From a virus (lineage: Duplodnaviria; Heunggongvirae; Uroviricota; Caudoviricetes), in IMG/VR virus record IMGVR_UViG_2778261460_000005, positions 1 to 37,721 of that record: a stretch of DNA of 37,721 nucleotides, one strand, 5' to 3'. A program made the position numbers and the translations under genes. Of the stretch, positions 1 through 9,224 are shown in pieces. Every line of letters begins with the position of its first letter. Position 1 is the first letter of the stretch. The notes under the pieces were generated by a model. The model worked only from the letters and a program-made list of their open reading frames with translations, did no database searches and was not told the origin of the DNA.

Positions 1-1254
1 ATGCTGGAACAAATGGGCATTGCCGCGAAGCAAGCCTCGTATAAATTAGCGCAACTCTCCAGCCGCGAAAAAAATCGCGTGCTGGAAAAAATCGCCGATG
101 AACTGGAAGCACAAAGCGAAATCATCCTCAACGCTAACGCCCAGGATGTTGCTGACGCGCGTGCCAATGGCCTTGGCGAAGCGATGCTTGACCGTCTGGC
201 ACTGACGCCCGCACGGCTGAAAGGCATTGCCGATGATGTGCGCCAGGTGTGTAACCTCGCCGATCCGGTGGGGCAGGTAATCGATGGCAGCGTACTGGAC
301 AGCGGCCTGCGTCTTGAGCGTCGTCGCGTACCGCTGGGGGTTATTGGCGTGATTTATGAAGCGCGCCCGAACGTGACGGTTGATGTCGCTTCGCTGTGCC
401 TGAAAACCGGTAATGCGGTGATCCTGCGCGGTGGCAAAGAAACGTGTCGCACTAACGCTGCAACGGTGGCGGTGATTCAGGACGCCCTGAAATCCTGCGG
501 CTTACCGGCGGGTGCCGTGCAGGCGATTGATAATCCTGACCGTGCGCTGGTCAGTGAAATGCTGCGTATGGATAAATACATCGACATGCTGATCCCGCGT
601 GGTGGCGCTGGTTTGCATAAACTGTGCCGTGAACAGTCGACAATCCCGGTGATCACAGGTGGTATAGGCGTATGCCATATTTACGTTGATGAAAGTGTAG
701 AGATCGCTGAAGCATTAAAAGTGATCGTCAACGCGAAAACTCAGCGTCCGAGCACATGTAATACGGTTGAAACGTTGCTGGTGAATAAAAACATCGCCGA
801 TAGCTTCCTGCCCGCATTAAGCAAACAAATGGCGGAAAGCGGCGTGACATTACACGCAGATGCAGCTGCACTGGCGCAGTTGCAGGCAGGCCCTGCGAAG
901 GTGGTTGCTGTTAAAGCCGAAGAGTATGACGATGAGTTTCTGTCATTAGATTTGAACGTCAAAATCGTCAGCGATCTTGACGATGCCATCGCCCATATTC
1001 GTGAACACGGCACACAACACTCCGATGCGATCCTGACCCGCGATATGCGCAACGCCCAGCGTTTTGTTAACGAAGTGGATTCGTCCGCTGTTTACGTTAA
1101 CGCCTCTACGCGTTTTACCGACGGCGGCCAGTTTGGTCTGGGTGCGGAAGTGGCGGTAAGCACACAAAAACTCCACGCGCGTGGCCCAATGGGGCTGGAA
1201 GCACTGACCACTTACAAGTGGATCGGCATTGGTGATTACACCATTCGTGCGTAA
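1..1254 (+). CDS. proA: gamma-glutamyl phosphate reductase (glutamate-5-semialdehyde dehydrogenase)
   Basis: 417-aa ORF starting [25 protein letters not shown], which I recognise as full-length E. coli ProA. It lies directly upstream of thrW, as in the E. coli chromosome. Confidence 0.97.
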   Translation: MLEQMGIAAKQASYKLAQLSSREKNRVLEKIADELEAQSEIILNANAQDVADARANGLGEAMLDRLALTPARLKGIADDVRQVCNLADPVGQVIDGSVLDSGLRLERRRVPLGVIGVIYEARPNVTVDVASLCLKTGNAVILRGGKETCRTNAATVAVIQDALKSCGLPAGAVQAIDNPDRALVSEMLRMDKYIDMLIPRGGAGLHKLCREQSTIPVITGGIGVCHIYVDESVEIAEALKVIVNAKTQRPSTCNTVETLLVNKNIADSFLPALSKQMAESGVTLHADAAALAQLQAGPAKVVAVKAEEYDDEFLSLDLNVKIVSDLDDAIAHIREHGTQHSDAILTRDMRNAQRFVNEVDSSAVYVNASTRFTDGGQFGLGAEVAVSTQKLHARGPMGLEALTTYKWIGIGDYTIRA

Positions 1255-1368
1255 ATAAAACCGGGTGATGCAAAAGTAGCCATTTGATTCACAAGGCCAT
1301 TGACGCATCGCCCGGTTAGTTTTAACCTTGTCCACCGTGATTCACGTTCGTGAACATGTCCTTTCAGG

Positions 1369-1444
1369 GCCGATATAGCTCAGTTGGTAGAGCAGCGCAT
1401 TCGTAATGCGAAGGTCGTAGGTTCGACTCCTATTATCGGCACCA
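1369..1444 (+). tRNA. thrW: tRNA-Thr (anticodon CGT)
   Basis: 76-nt cloverleaf read by hand: acceptor GCCGATA/TATCGGC, D arm GCTC-AGTTGGTA-GAGC, anticodon arm GCGCA-TTCGTAA-TGCGA, T arm GTAGG-TTCGACT-CCTAT, discriminator A, encoded CCA. The position after proA matches thrW. Confidence 0.95.
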
Positions 1445-1458
1445 TTTAAATCAATAAG

Positions 1459-2622
1459 TTACACATCATTAGTACCTTCCTTATTTTTTGACTGGGACAA
1501 ATTTGGGACCGATGGGTTCAGGATCGAGTCTATTTGCCGTGCGTGTTCGGTAAGGTGATTAGGTGCAAGGTGAGCATATCGACGAACCATTTCGATAGAC
1601 TCCCACCCTCCCATTTCCTGTAACACTGACAACGGGACTCCGGCTTGAACCAGCCAACTTGCCCAGGTGTGTCTCAAGTCGTGAAATCTGAAATCATCAA
1701 TACCAGCCCGTCTCAGCGCCGCTTTCCAGGCTGTGTTTGCGTCATACCGCATCTTCCTTACTGTTGGCGCTTTCGTTCCGTCTGGTTTGGTACAGCTTTC
1801 CTTGTACACAAATACCCAACGGTGATGATTACCGATTTGTTTTTTCAATACGCGACATGCAGTATCATTCAGCGCAACGCCAATTGCGCGGTTTGATTTA
1901 CTCTCTTCCGGGTTTATCCATGCCACCCGGCGCTGCATATCTATTTGTTGCCATTCAAGGTTGATGATGTTCGAGCGTCTTAAGCCTGTTGCCAGTGCAA
2001 ATTCAACAACAGACTTTAATGGCTCCGGACATTCATCAATCAGCCTTTGTGCTTCATGGGGCTCCAGCCAGCGGATCCGTTTATTCTTTGGTTGAGGCAC
2101 TTTAATAATTGGTGCCTTATCGAGCATTTTCCATTCACGCTCTGCGGCTCTTAGCAGGGCCTTTATAAATGAAAGATGCGTAGCCTTCGTTGCAACGGAC
2201 GCTGGTTTTGGCGTGTATTCTGGAACAGGTTTCCCTTTTTTTCTGCATGCTTCTGCCCTGAGTTTCCAGTTTTCCTCATGACGCCGGTTCGTCATTTTCT
2301 GCATTGCTGAATAAATTTTTGATTCAGTAATGTCTCTTAGTTGCATTCCTGCGAAATGTTGAAGCCAGAATCCGATCCGGCTTTTGTCATCGTCCAGTGA
2401 TTTTTTATGTGCTTTCTCTTCAAGCCACCTGACACACGCTTCCTCGAACGTTATATCAGGTATTTCACCAAGTTTGCTGACCCGCCATGCTTCAGCCTTT
2501 AGCTTGTCATGGAGTTCTGTCGCCTGCCTTTTGTCCTTTGTTCCAAGAGACTGTTTAAATCTTTTACCGTTCGGCAATGTGAAACTGGCGTACCATATTT
2601 CACCTCTGCGGAAGAGTGACAT
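1459..2622 (-). CDS. int: tyrosine integrase, P22 Int-like
   Basis: 387 aa. The N-terminus [46 protein letters not shown] matches P22 Int as I remember it. The C-terminal catalytic region has [12 protein letters not shown] and RRYAHL. P22-family integrases target thrW. Confidence 0.93.
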   Translation of the reverse strand: MSLFRRGEIWYASFTLPNGKRFKQSLGTKDKRQATELHDKLKAEAWRVSKLGEIPDITFEEACVRWLEEKAHKKSLDDDKSRIGFWLQHFAGMQLRDITESKIYSAMQKMTNRRHEENWKLRAEACRKKGKPVPEYTPKPASVATKATHLSFIKALLRAAEREWKMLDKAPIIKVPQPKNKRIRWLEPHEAQRLIDECPEPLKSVVEFALATGLRRSNIINLEWQQIDMQRRVAWINPEESKSNRAIGVALNDTACRVLKKQIGNHHRWVFVYKESCTKPDGTKAPTVRKMRYDANTAWKAALRRAGIDDFRFHDLRHTWASWLVQAGVPLSVLQEMGGWESIEMVRRYAHLAPNHLTEHARQIDSILNPSVPNLSQSKNKEGTNDV

Positions 2623-2849
2623 TTTCTTTCCTCTGTTATGCCATCACCCGCGCTCACCTTGATAGTATGCAGCGGAGACTGAAGCGCCGCAATGCAGGCT
2701 TGTCGCGTTGTGAGGTAAGGAGATTTTGGTTTAGTGGGGTCTTTGCGTGTTGCCTGTAGGCGGCCTGTTCGTATCCAGTTGGTAGCGGTAGGTCTGGATA
2801 TCTTGAGAAACTGACAGGCCTCATCGAGTGTGAGGCTGTATGATTCCAT
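2499..2849 (-). CDS. xis: excisionase, P22 Xis-like
   Basis: 116 aa starting at [33 protein letters not shown] (helix-turn-helix), adjacent to and overlapping int. The ORF-track start at 2879 looks like a 10-codon upstream extension. Confidence 0.85.
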   Translation of the reverse strand: MESYSLTLDEACQFLKISRPTATNWIRTGRLQATRKDPTKPKSPYLTTRQACIAALQSPLHTIKVSAGDGITEERKCHSSAEVKYGTPVSHCRTVKDLNSLLEQRTKGRRQNSMTS

Positions 2850-3099
2850 GGTTACCTCTGCTTTTTGAACGCATGTCACGTAACTTCTTAATGTGTTCTG
2901 CCGTTTCGATCTCTTCTGCTATCCGATCTGCATCAGCTTTATTCACAGGTTCAAAGTCATGATTAAAGCGGAACATGCTGGCGATACATGTTCTGCCTTT
3001 TCGGATGTAGTGAACTTTGTTGTGGGTAGAACGCAGGATTTTGCAGGGAGTGCCGTGGTGGTCGACGTACCAGGTGTTAGGAAAAATGATTCTGAACAT
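2821..3099 (-). CDS. hypothetical early-left protein (possibly DUF4222-like)
   Basis: 92-aa ORF in the early-left operon orientation, overlapping the xis start by about 29 nt. The family guess is from memory only. Confidence 0.55.
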   Translation of the reverse strand: MFRIIFPNTWYVDHHGTPCKILRSTHNKVHYIRKGRTCIASMFRFNHDFEPVNKADADRIAEEIETAEHIKKLRDMRSKSRGNHGIIQPHTR

Positions 3100-3146
3100 T
3101 TTTACACCTCAGTTGGACGATGTTGAAATTTGCTGCTTTGAGGCCA

Positions 3147-3365
3147 TCACAATCCCCATTGTTTGTTCTTAAGTTCGATCTCCTCCTGGCAACTTGCACA
3201 AGTCCGACAACCCTGAACGACCAGGCGTCTTCGTTCATCTATGGGATCGCCACACTCACAACAATGAGTGGCAGATATAGCCTGGTGGTTCAGACGACGC
3301 ATTTTTATTGCTGTATTGCGCTGTAATTCTTCGATTTCTGATGCTGAATCAATGATGTCTGCCAT
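3147..3365 (-). CDS. TraR/DksA-family C4 zinc-finger protein
   Basis: 72 aa with CCECGDPIDERRR...CRTCASC (CxxC-N17-CxxC), typical of phage TraR/DksA-like proteins. Confidence 0.8.
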   Translation of the reverse strand: MADIIDSASEIEELQRNTAIKMRRLNHQAISATHCCECGDPIDERRRLVVQGCRTCASCQEEIELKNKQWGL

Positions 3366-3418
3366 CTTCCATTAATCCCTGAATTGTTGGTTAATACGCT
3401 TGAGGGTGAATGCGAATA

Positions 3419-3441
3419 ATAAAAAAGGAGCCTGTAGCTCC
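3419..3441 (-). terminator. intrinsic terminator in the early-left operon
   Basis: The minus strand reads GGAGC-TACAG-GCTCC followed by TTTTTTATT. Confidence 0.6.
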
Positions 3442-3463
3442 CTGATGATTTTGCTTTTCATGT

Positions 3464-3679
3464 TCACCGTTCCTTAAAGACGCCGTTTAACATGCCGATT
3501 GCCAGACTTAAGTGAGTCGGTGTGAATCCCATCAGCGTTACCGTTTCGCGGTGCTTCTTCAGTACGCTACGGCAAATGTCATCGACGTTTTTATCCGGAA
3601 ACTGCTGTCTGGCTTTTTTGATTTCAGAATTAGCCTGACGGGCAATACTGCGAAGGGCGTTTTCTTGCTGAGGTGTCAT
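3464..3679 (-). CDS. hypothetical protein (lambda orf61-region-like)
   Basis: 71 aa from MTPQQENALRSIARQANSEIKK. Synteny with the lambda orf61/63/60a block left of exo. The ORF-track start at 3745 is probably too far upstream. Confidence 0.6.
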   Translation of the reverse strand: MTPQQENALRSIARQANSEIKKARQQFPDKNVDDICRSVLKKHRETVTLMGFTPTHLSLAIGMLNGVFKER

Positions 3680-3755
3680 TGAACAAGTCCCATGTCGGCA
3701 AGCATAAGCACACAGAATATGAAGCCCGCTGCCAGAAAAATGCATTCAGTGGTTG

Positions 3756-3947
3756 TCATACCTGGTCTCTCTCATCTGCTTCTGCTTTCGCCACCATCAT
3801 TTCCAGCTTTTGTGAAAGGGATGTGGTTAACGTATGAAATTCTTCGTCTGTTTCTGCTGGTATTGGCACAAACCTGACTCCAATTTGAGCAAGGCTATGT
3901 GCCATCTCAATGCTCATTCTTAACTCAACAGGAGATGCTTTGTGCAT
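3756..3947 (-). CDS. hypothetical protein, lambda orf63-like
   Basis: 63 aa, [37 protein letters not shown]. Size and position match lambda orf63. Confidence 0.7.
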   Translation of the reverse strand: MHKASPVELRMSIEMAHSLAQIGVRFVPIPAETDEEFHTLTTSLSQKLEMMVAKAEADERDQV

Positions 3948-4108
3948 ACAGCCCCTCGTTTATTATTTATCTCCTCAGCCAGCCGCTGGGCTTTCAGTGG
4001 ATTTTGGATAACAGAAAGGCCGGGAAATACCCAGCCTCGCTTTGTAACGGAGTAGACGAAAGTGATCGCACCTACCCGGATATTATCGTGAGGATGCTTC
4101 ATCGCCAT
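3920..4108 (-). CDS. hypothetical protein, lambda orf60a-like
   Basis: 60-62 aa, (MA)[31 protein letters not shown], immediately downstream of exo in the leftward operon (to its left on the map), as in lambda. The start may be the third codon (4102). Confidence 0.7.
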   Translation of the reverse strand: MAMKHPHDNIRVGAITFVYSVTKRGWVFPGLSVIQNPLKAQRLAEEINNKRGAVCTKHLLLS

Positions 4109-4779
4109 TGCTCCCCAAATACAAAACCAATTTCAGCCAGTGCCTCGTCCATTTTTTCGATGAACTCCGGCACCATCTCGTCAAAACTCGCCATGTAATT
4201 TTCATCCCGCTCAACCACGACATAATGCAGGCCTTCACGCTTCATTCGTGGGTCATAGTTGGCAAAGTACCAGGCATCTTTTCGCGTCACCCACATGCTG
4301 TACTGCACCTGGGCCATGTAAGCCGACTTTATGGCCTCGAAACCACCGAGCCGGAATTTCATGAAATCCCGGGAGGTAAACGGGCATTTCAGTTCAAGGC
4401 CGTTGCCGTCACTGCATAAACCATCGGGAGAGCAGGCGGTGCGCATACTTTCGTCGCGATAGATGAGCGGGGATTCAGTAACATTCACGCCGGAAGTGAA
4501 CTCAAAGAGGGCTCTGGCGTCGTTCTCGTACTGTTTTCCCCAGGCCAGCGCCTTAGCGTTAACTTCCGGAGCCACACCGGTGCAAACCTCGGCAAGCAGG
4601 GTGTGGAAGTAGGACATTTTCATGTCAGGCCATTTCTTTCCGGAGCGGGGTTTTGCTATCACATTGTGAACTTCTGAAGCGGTGATGACGCCGAGCCGTA
4701 ATTTGTGCCACGCATCATCCCCCTGTTCGACAGCTCTCACGTCGATCCCGGTACGCTGCAGGATAATGTCCGGTGTCAT
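4099..4779 (-). CDS. exo: lambda exonuclease (Red-alpha)
   Basis: 226 aa, [54 protein letters not shown]. Recognisably lambda Exo, with start/stop overlap to bet. Confidence 0.97.
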   Translation of the reverse strand: MTPDIILQRTGIDVRAVEQGDDAWHKLRLGVITASEVHNVIAKPRSGKKWPDMKMSYFHTLLAEVCTGVAPEVNAKALAWGKQYENDARALFEFTSGVNVTESPLIYRDESMRTACSPDGLCSDGNGLELKCPFTSRDFMKFRLGGFEAIKSAYMAQVQYSMWVTRKDAWYFANYDPRMKREGLHYVVVERDENYMASFDEMVPEFIEKMDEALAEIGFVFGEQWR

Positions 4780-5561
4780 GCAGCCACCTTCTGTTCAGAG
4801 GCTTTCTGTTTCAGGAATCCAAGAGCTTTCACTGCTTCGGCCTGTGTCAGTTCTGACGATGCGCGAATGTCGCGGCGAAATATCTGGGAACAGAGCGGCA
4901 ATAAGTCGTCATCCCATGTTTTGTCCAGGGCAATCAGCAGAGTGTTAATCTCCTGCATGGTTTCATCGTTAACCGGAGTGATGTCGCGTTCCGGCTGACG
5001 TTCTGCAGTGTATGCGGTATTTTCGACAATGCGCTCGGCTTCATCCTTGTCATAGATACCAGCAAATCCGAAGGCCAGACGGGCACACTGAATCATGGCT
5101 TTATGCCGTAACATCCGTTTGGGATGCGACTGCCACGGCCCCGTGATTTCTCTGCCTTCGCGAGTTTTGAATGGTTCGCGGCGGCATTCATCCATCCATT
5201 CGGTAACGCAGATCGGATGATTACGGTCCTTGCGGTAAATCCGGCATGTACAGGATTCATTGTCCTGCTCAAAGTCCATGCCATCAAACTGCTGGTTTTC
5301 ATTGATGATGCGGGACCAGCCATCAACGCCCACCACCGGAACGATGCCGTTCTGCTTATCAGGGAAGGCGTAAATTTCTTTCGTCCACGGATTAAGGCCG
5401 TACTGGTTGGCGACGATCAACAATGCGATGAACTGCGCATCGCTGGCATCGCCTTTAAATGCTGTCTGGCGAAGAGTGGTGATCAGTTCCTGTGGGTCGA
5501 CAGAATCCATGCCGACACGTTCAGCCAGCTTCCCAGCCAGCGTTGCGAGTGCTGTACTCAT
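4776..5561 (-). CDS. bet: Red-beta single-strand annealing protein
   Basis: 261 aa, [66 protein letters not shown]. This is lambda Bet. Confidence 0.97.
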   Translation of the reverse strand: MSTALATLAGKLAERVGMDSVDPQELITTLRQTAFKGDASDAQFIALLIVANQYGLNPWTKEIYAFPDKQNGIVPVVGVDGWSRIINENQQFDGMDFEQDNESCTCRIYRKDRNHPICVTEWMDECRREPFKTREGREITGPWQSHPKRMLRHKAMIQCARLAFGFAGIYDKDEAERIVENTAYTAERQPERDITPVNDETMQEINTLLIALDKTWDDDLLPLCSQIFRRDIRASSELTQAEAVKALGFLKQKASEQKVAA

Positions 5562-5566
5562 CCGTT

Positions 5567-5863
5567 TTATACCTCTGAATCAATATCAACCTGGTGGTGA
5601 GCAATGGTTTCAACCATGTACCGGATGTGTTCTGCCATGCGCTCCTGAAACTCAACATCGTCATCAAACGCACGGGTAATGGCTTTTTTGCTGGCCCCGT
5701 GACGTTGCAAATGATCGATGCAGAGTGATTCAAACAGGTGCTGGGGCAGACCTTTTTCCATGTCGTCTGCCAGTTCTGCCTCTTTCTCTTCACGGGCGAT
5801 CTGCTGGTAGTGACGCGCCCAGCTCTGAGCCTCAAGACGATCCTGAATGTAATAAGCGTTCAT
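5567..5863 (-). CDS. gam: Gam, RecBCD inhibitor
   Basis: 98 aa, [60 protein letters not shown]. This is lambda Gam, short form. Confidence 0.95.
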   Translation of the reverse strand: MNAYYIQDRLEAQSWARHYQQIAREEKEAELADDMEKGLPQHLFESLCIDHLQRHGASKKAITRAFDDDVEFQERMAEHIRYMVETIAHHQVDIDSEV

Positions 5864-5938
5864 GGCTGAACTCCTGAAAATGGCTGTGAAAATATCGCCC
5901 GCGAAATGCCAGGCTGATTAGGAAAACAGGAAAGGGGG

Positions 5939-6082
5939 TTAGTGAATGCTTTTGCTTGATCTCAGTTTCAGTATTAATATCCATTTTTTATAAGCGTCGA
6001 CGGCCTCACGAAACATCTTTTCATCGCCAATAAAAGTGGCGATAGTGAATTTAGTCTGGATAGCCATAAGTGTTTGATCCAT
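5939..6082 (-). CDS. kil: Kil (FtsZ-inhibiting host-killing peptide)
   Basis: 47 aa [47 protein letters not shown], an internal start within the 89-aa track ORF. Matches lambda Kil. Confidence 0.85.
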   Translation of the reverse strand: MDQTLMAIQTKFTIATFIGDEKMFREAVDAYKKWILILKLRSSKSIH

Positions 6083-6215
6083 TTTTTGGGACTCCTGGCT
6101 GATTAAGTATGTCGATAAGGCGTTTCCATCCGTCACGTAATTTACGGGTGATTCGTTCAAGTAAAGATTCGGAAGGGCAGCCAGCAACAGGCCACCCTGC
6201 AATGGCATATTGCAT
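6051..6215 (-). CDS. cIII: CIII, inhibitor of FtsH-mediated CII degradation
   Basis: Hand-translated 54-aa ORF below the track cutoff: [54 protein letters not shown]. It overlaps kil by 32 nt, as in lambda. Confidence 0.9.
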   Translation of the reverse strand: MQYAIAGWPVAGCPSESLLERITRKLRDGWKRLIDILNQPGVPKNGSNTYGYPD

Positions 6216-6287
6216 GGTGTGCTCCTTATTTATACATAACGAAAAACGCCTCGAGAGAAGCGTTATTGGTATGCGGTAACGCCGCGC

Positions 6288-6656
6288 TCAGGCGGCTTTG
6301 ATAGTCATATCATCTGAATCAAATATTCCTGATGTATCGATATCGGTAATTCTTATTCCTTCGCTACCATCCATTGGAGGCCATCCTTCCTGACCATTTC
6401 CATCATTCCAGTCGAACTCACACATAACACCATATGTATTTAAGTCGCTTGAAATTGCTATAAGCAGAGCATGTTGCGCCAGCATGGTTAATACAGCATT
6501 TAATACAGAGCCGTGTTTATTGAGTCGGTATTCAGAGTCTGACCAGAAATTATTAATCTGGTGAAGTTTTTCCTCTGTCATTACGTCATGGTCGATTTCA
6601 ATTTCTATTGATGCTTTCCAGTCGTAATCAATGATGTATTTTTTGATGTTTGACAT
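6288..6656 (-). CDS. ea10: Ea10 early protein
   Basis: 122 aa, MSNIKKYIIDYDWKASIEIEIDHDVMTEEKLHQINNFWSDSEYRLNKHGSVLNAV. Matches lambda Ea10. Confidence 0.9.
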   Translation of the reverse strand: MSNIKKYIIDYDWKASIEIEIDHDVMTEEKLHQINNFWSDSEYRLNKHGSVLNAVLTMLAQHALLIAISSDLNTYGVMCEFDWNDGNGQEGWPPMDGSEGIRITDIDTSGIFDSDDMTIKAA

Positions 6657-6674
6657 CTGTTCATATCCTCACAG

Positions 6675-6702
6675 ATAAAAAATCGCCCTCACATTAGAGG
6701 GC
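6675..6702 (-). terminator. intrinsic terminator in the pL operon (tL-type, upstream of ea10)
   Basis: The minus strand reads GCCCTC-TAATGT-GAGGGC followed by GATTTTTTAT. Confidence 0.65.
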
Positions 6703-6897
6703 AAAGAAGATTTCCAATAATCAGAACAAGTCGGTTCCTGTTTAGTTACGAGCGACATTGCTCCGTGTATTCACTCGTTGGAATGAATACACAGTGCAGT
6801 GTTTATTAGTATGCCTGTCTTTTAACCACATCAGGCTCGGTGGTTCTCGTGTACCCCTACAGCGAGAAATCGGATAAACTATTACAACCCCTACAGT

Positions 6898-7452
6898 TTG
6901 ATGAGTATAGAAATGGATCTACTCGTTATTCTCGGACGAGTGTTCAGTAATGAACCTCTGGAGAGAACCATGTATATGATCGTTATCTGGGTTGGACTTC
7001 TGCTTTTAAGCCCAGATAACTGGCCTGAATATGTTAATGAGAGAATCGGTATTCCTCATGTGTGGCATGTTTTCGTCTTTGCTCTTGCATTTTCGCTAGC
7101 AATTAATGTGCATCGATTATCAGCTATTGCCAGCGCCAGATATAAGCGATTTAAGCTAAGAAAACGCATGAAGATGCAAAACGATAAAGTGCGATCAGTA
7201 ATTCAAAACCTTACAGAAGAGCAATCTATGGTTTTGTGCGCAGCCCTTAATGAAGGCAGGAAGTATGTGGTTACATCAAAACAATTCCCATACATTAGTG
7301 AGTTGATTGAGCTTGGTGTGTTGAACAAAACTTTTTCCCGATGGAACGGGAAGCATATATTATTCCCTATTGAGGATATTTACTGGACTGAATTAGTTGC
7401 CAGCTATGATCCATATAATATTGAGATAAAGCCAAGGCCAATATCTAAGTAA
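6898..7452 (+). CDS. sieB: superinfection exclusion protein B
   Basis: 184 aa, ...MDLLVILGRVFSNEPLERTMYMIVIWVGLLLLSPDNWPEYVNERIGIPHVWHVF. Matches lambda SieB. It runs opposite to the pL operon, as in lambda. The exact start is uncertain. Confidence 0.92.
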   Translation: MMSIEMDLLVILGRVFSNEPLERTMYMIVIWVGLLLLSPDNWPEYVNERIGIPHVWHVFVFALAFSLAINVHRLSAIASARYKRFKLRKRMKMQNDKVRSVIQNLTEEQSMVLCAALNEGRKYVVTSKQFPYISELIELGVLNKTFSRWNGKHILFPIEDIYWTELVASYDPYNIEIKPRPISK

Positions 7453-7776
7453 CTAGGTAAGAGGAATCGATTTTCCCTTAATTTTCTGGCGTCCACTGCA
7501 TGTTATGCCGCGTTCGCCAGGCTTGCTGTACCATGTGCGCTGATTCTTGCGCTCAATACGTTGCAGGTTGCTTTCAATCTGTTCGTGGTATTCAGCCAGC
7601 ACTGTAAGGTCTATCGGATTTAGTGCGCTTTCTACTCGTGATTTCGGTTTGCGATTCAGCGAGAGAATAGGGCGGTTAACTGGTTTTGCGCTTACCCCAA
7701 CCAACAGGGGATTTGCTGCTTTCCATTGAGCCTGTTTCTCTGCGCGACGTTCGCGGCGGCGTGTTTGTGCATCCAT
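7453..7776 (-). CDS. N: antitermination protein N
   Basis: 107 aa from MDAQTRRRERRAEKQAQWKAANPLLVGVSAKPVNRP (arginine-rich motif). The track ORF extends 44 codons upstream of the true start. Confidence 0.95.
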   Translation of the reverse strand: MDAQTRRRERRAEKQAQWKAANPLLVGVSAKPVNRPILSLNRKPKSRVESALNPIDLTVLAEYHEQIESNLQRIERKNQRTWYSKPGERGITCSGRQKIKGKSIPLT

Positions 7777-7933
7777 CTGGATTCTCCTGTTAGTTAGCTT
7801 TGGTTGTGTGTGGGAGTCGTAGTCCTGAACGAAAACACCCCGCAATGGCACATTGGCTGCTAATCCGGATTCGCACTTCCGGCCAATGCTTCGTTTCGTA
7901 TCACACACACCAAAGCCTTCTGCTTTGAATGCT

Positions 7934-7965
7934 GCCCTTCTTCAGGGCTTAATTTTTAAGAGCAT
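7934..7965 (-). promoter_or_regulatory. nutL (boxA + boxB)
   Basis: The minus strand reads TGCTCTTAA (boxA-like), an 8-nt spacer, then GCCCTGAAGAAGGGC (boxB hairpin). It lies between pL and N. Confidence 0.9.
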
Positions 7966-8002
7966 CACCTTCATGGTGGTTAGTGCGTCCTGCTGATGTG
8001 CT

Positions 8003-8066
8003 TAGTATCACCGCTAGTGGTATTTGTGTCAACACCGCCAGAGATAATTTATCACCGCAGATGGTT
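8003..8066 (-). promoter_or_regulatory. pL promoter with operators OL1, OL2, OL3
   Basis: Three 17-bp CI operators: TATCACCGCTAGTGGTA (8006-8022), CAACACCGCCAGAGATA (8030-8046) and TATCACCGCAGATGGTT (8050-8066). On the minus strand, TTGACA is the -35 and GATACT the -10. Confidence 0.93.
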
Positions 8067-8224
8067 ATCTGTATGTTTTTTATATAGATTTATTTTTTGC
8101 AGGGTTGTGTGGCTTGGGAGGTGATCGAGAGATCAGAATTGCGTTGTTTAGTGAGTTGCACCTATTAATTTTAAAATAAATACAATTGGTTATGTGTTTT
8201 TAGGTGGGGCGATCGAGAGGCAAA

Positions 8225-8249
8225 GAAAACCCGGCTCGGTGGCCGGGTT
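8225..8249 (-). terminator. intrinsic terminator ending the immunity-region transcript (lambda t-imm-like)
   Basis: The minus strand reads ACCCGGC-CACCGA-GCCGGGT followed by TTTCTTTG. It begins 8 nt after the stop of the 285-aa ORF. The flanking sequence resembles lambda downstream of rexB, as I recall it. Confidence 0.8.
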
Positions 8250-8256
8250 GATGGGA

Positions 8257-9114
8257 TTATCGTTTATTTCTTTGATGTTTCTTTGCAGACTCAGCTTGAG
8301 TGTTTCCATACCTGCGTTTACCGCTATTGTTTTTTCCTCTAGGCTTGCCTTTTTTTCGATCTTCCCACCAGTCAGGTGCCGGGTCTGGCTCAACATGTAA
8401 AGCATCGGCAAGTCCTGATATCAAGCTGTATGACTGAACTCCATCAATGTGCTCTGACAGTGATGGGGTAACATTCTGTCTTAGTGGATCAAGAATAAAA
8501 TCAATACCTTTAATTCTGGCGTGTTTGGCGGCAGGCACAAAGTCTGAGTCCCCAGCAACAAGGACAATTACATCAACAAGTTTTTCATAAGCTAAAGTCG
8601 TGATATCCATCCCTAGCTTGATATCAACTTGTTTTTGTTTGATGTCATAGTAAAAATCATCATTTGTCAGTTCATCCCATTTTTTCGTTCCTTTCATCAG
8701 AGCATCAAGGGAGAATGTAGTTAGTTGCCATCGCTTATTATCAACAAGATTCCCTAATCTTAAGGCTGTTTTTCGAGTTTTTCTTAACTCTTCATGCAGC
8801 TCCGTTCTCAGAATATATGATTTTTCGAGTTTGAAATTCTTGCGACCAGGCGTCTTATTGCCAGGCTCAGGAAGTGGAAGGCGTGTTTGAATGTCGAGTG
8901 GTGGACAGTCATAGAAGTAAATTCTATAAAGCTCAAGCGGTTCCCTACGTTCTTGTGATTGACGTTTTCCATTAAGATGGGAAAGAACCATTGACCATAT
9001 TACTTTCATTATGCATTGCGCAGTCAGTTCATGCTCGGCGAAGTGTTTACGATGCGTAGCATGAACACGCTGCATGAAAAAACCCGCATCAATTAAAATT
9101 GCTGCTTTCTTCAT
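8257..9114 (-). CDS. NYN/LabA-like (PIN-fold) nuclease-domain protein with Lys/Arg-rich C-terminal tail; occupies the rexAB position
   Basis: 285 aa. It has the acidic motifs expected of NYN domains: AAILIDAGFF (D9), KQVDIKLGMD (D164, D170) and VLVAGDSDFVP (D189, D191). The C-terminus is WWEDRKKGKPRGKNNSGKRRYGNTQAESAKKHQRNKR. The gene is AT-rich compared with its neighbours. Confidence 0.75.
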   Translation of the reverse strand: MKKAAILIDAGFFMQRVHATHRKHFAEHELTAQCIMKVIWSMVLSHLNGKRQSQERREPLELYRIYFYDCPPLDIQTRLPLPEPGNKTPGRKNFKLEKSYILRTELHEELRKTRKTALRLGNLVDNKRWQLTTFSLDALMKGTKKWDELTNDDFYYDIKQKQVDIKLGMDITTLAYEKLVDVIVLVAGDSDFVPAAKHARIKGIDFILDPLRQNVTPSLSEHIDGVQSYSLISGLADALHVEPDPAPDWWEDRKKGKPRGKNNSGKRRYGNTQAESAKKHQRNKR

Positions 9115-9121
9115 AAGAGTC

Positions 9122-9184
9122 CCAAAAAAATAGCCCAGAGCCGTTATGCAGATATTAACAATTGTCTGCGAACGGGGCTGGGCT
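9122..9184 (-). terminator. long imperfect hairpin plus U7 tract between cI and the NYN gene (terminator or attenuator)
   Basis: Minus-strand RNA: AGCCCAGCCCCGUUCGCAGAC-loop-UCUGCAUAACGGCUCUGGGCU then AUUUUUUUGGG. The three stem segments (7+5+5 bp) pair 9132-9138/9178-9184, 9141-9145/9171-9175 and 9148-9152/9165-9169. The U-tract ends 8 nt before the ATG at 9114. Confidence 0.7.
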
Positions 9185-9194
9185 TGGTTTAATT

Positions 9195-9224
9195 AATCTA
9201 TGCCAAGTTGACTGTGCCGTCAAC
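9195..9224 (-). promoter_or_regulatory. putative sigma70 promoter for the NYN gene, overlapped by an inverted repeat
   Basis: The minus strand reads TTGACG (9223-9218), a 17-nt spacer, then TAGATT (9200-9195). A perfect inverted repeat GTTGAC-N6-GTCAAC (9207-9224) overlaps the -35. No experimental support. Confidence 0.4.

Noticed and set aside
741-1335. Minus-strand ORFs (103 aa and 129 aa) overlapping proA and the proA-thrW spacer.
   Set aside because: They are antisense shadows of a well-identified, highly expressed-type gene. Their composition is Ser/Arg/Cys-rich and they have no ribosome-binding context.
1255-1368. A long-range inverted repeat (ACCGGGTGATGC ... GCATCGCCCGGT) between proA and thrW, considered as a mobile-element end or att-related repeat.
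   Set aside because: It lies on the chromosomal side, upstream of the tRNA. It is best read as the proA terminator and thrW promoter region, with TTGACG inside it. The prophage junction is at the other (3') end of thrW.
8190-8411. Small ORFs on both strands (73 aa minus, 68 aa plus) at the 3' end of the NYN gene.
   Set aside because: They overlap the NYN reading frame and the t-imm terminator. Nothing independent supports them. The 285-aa frame carries the recognisable domain motifs.
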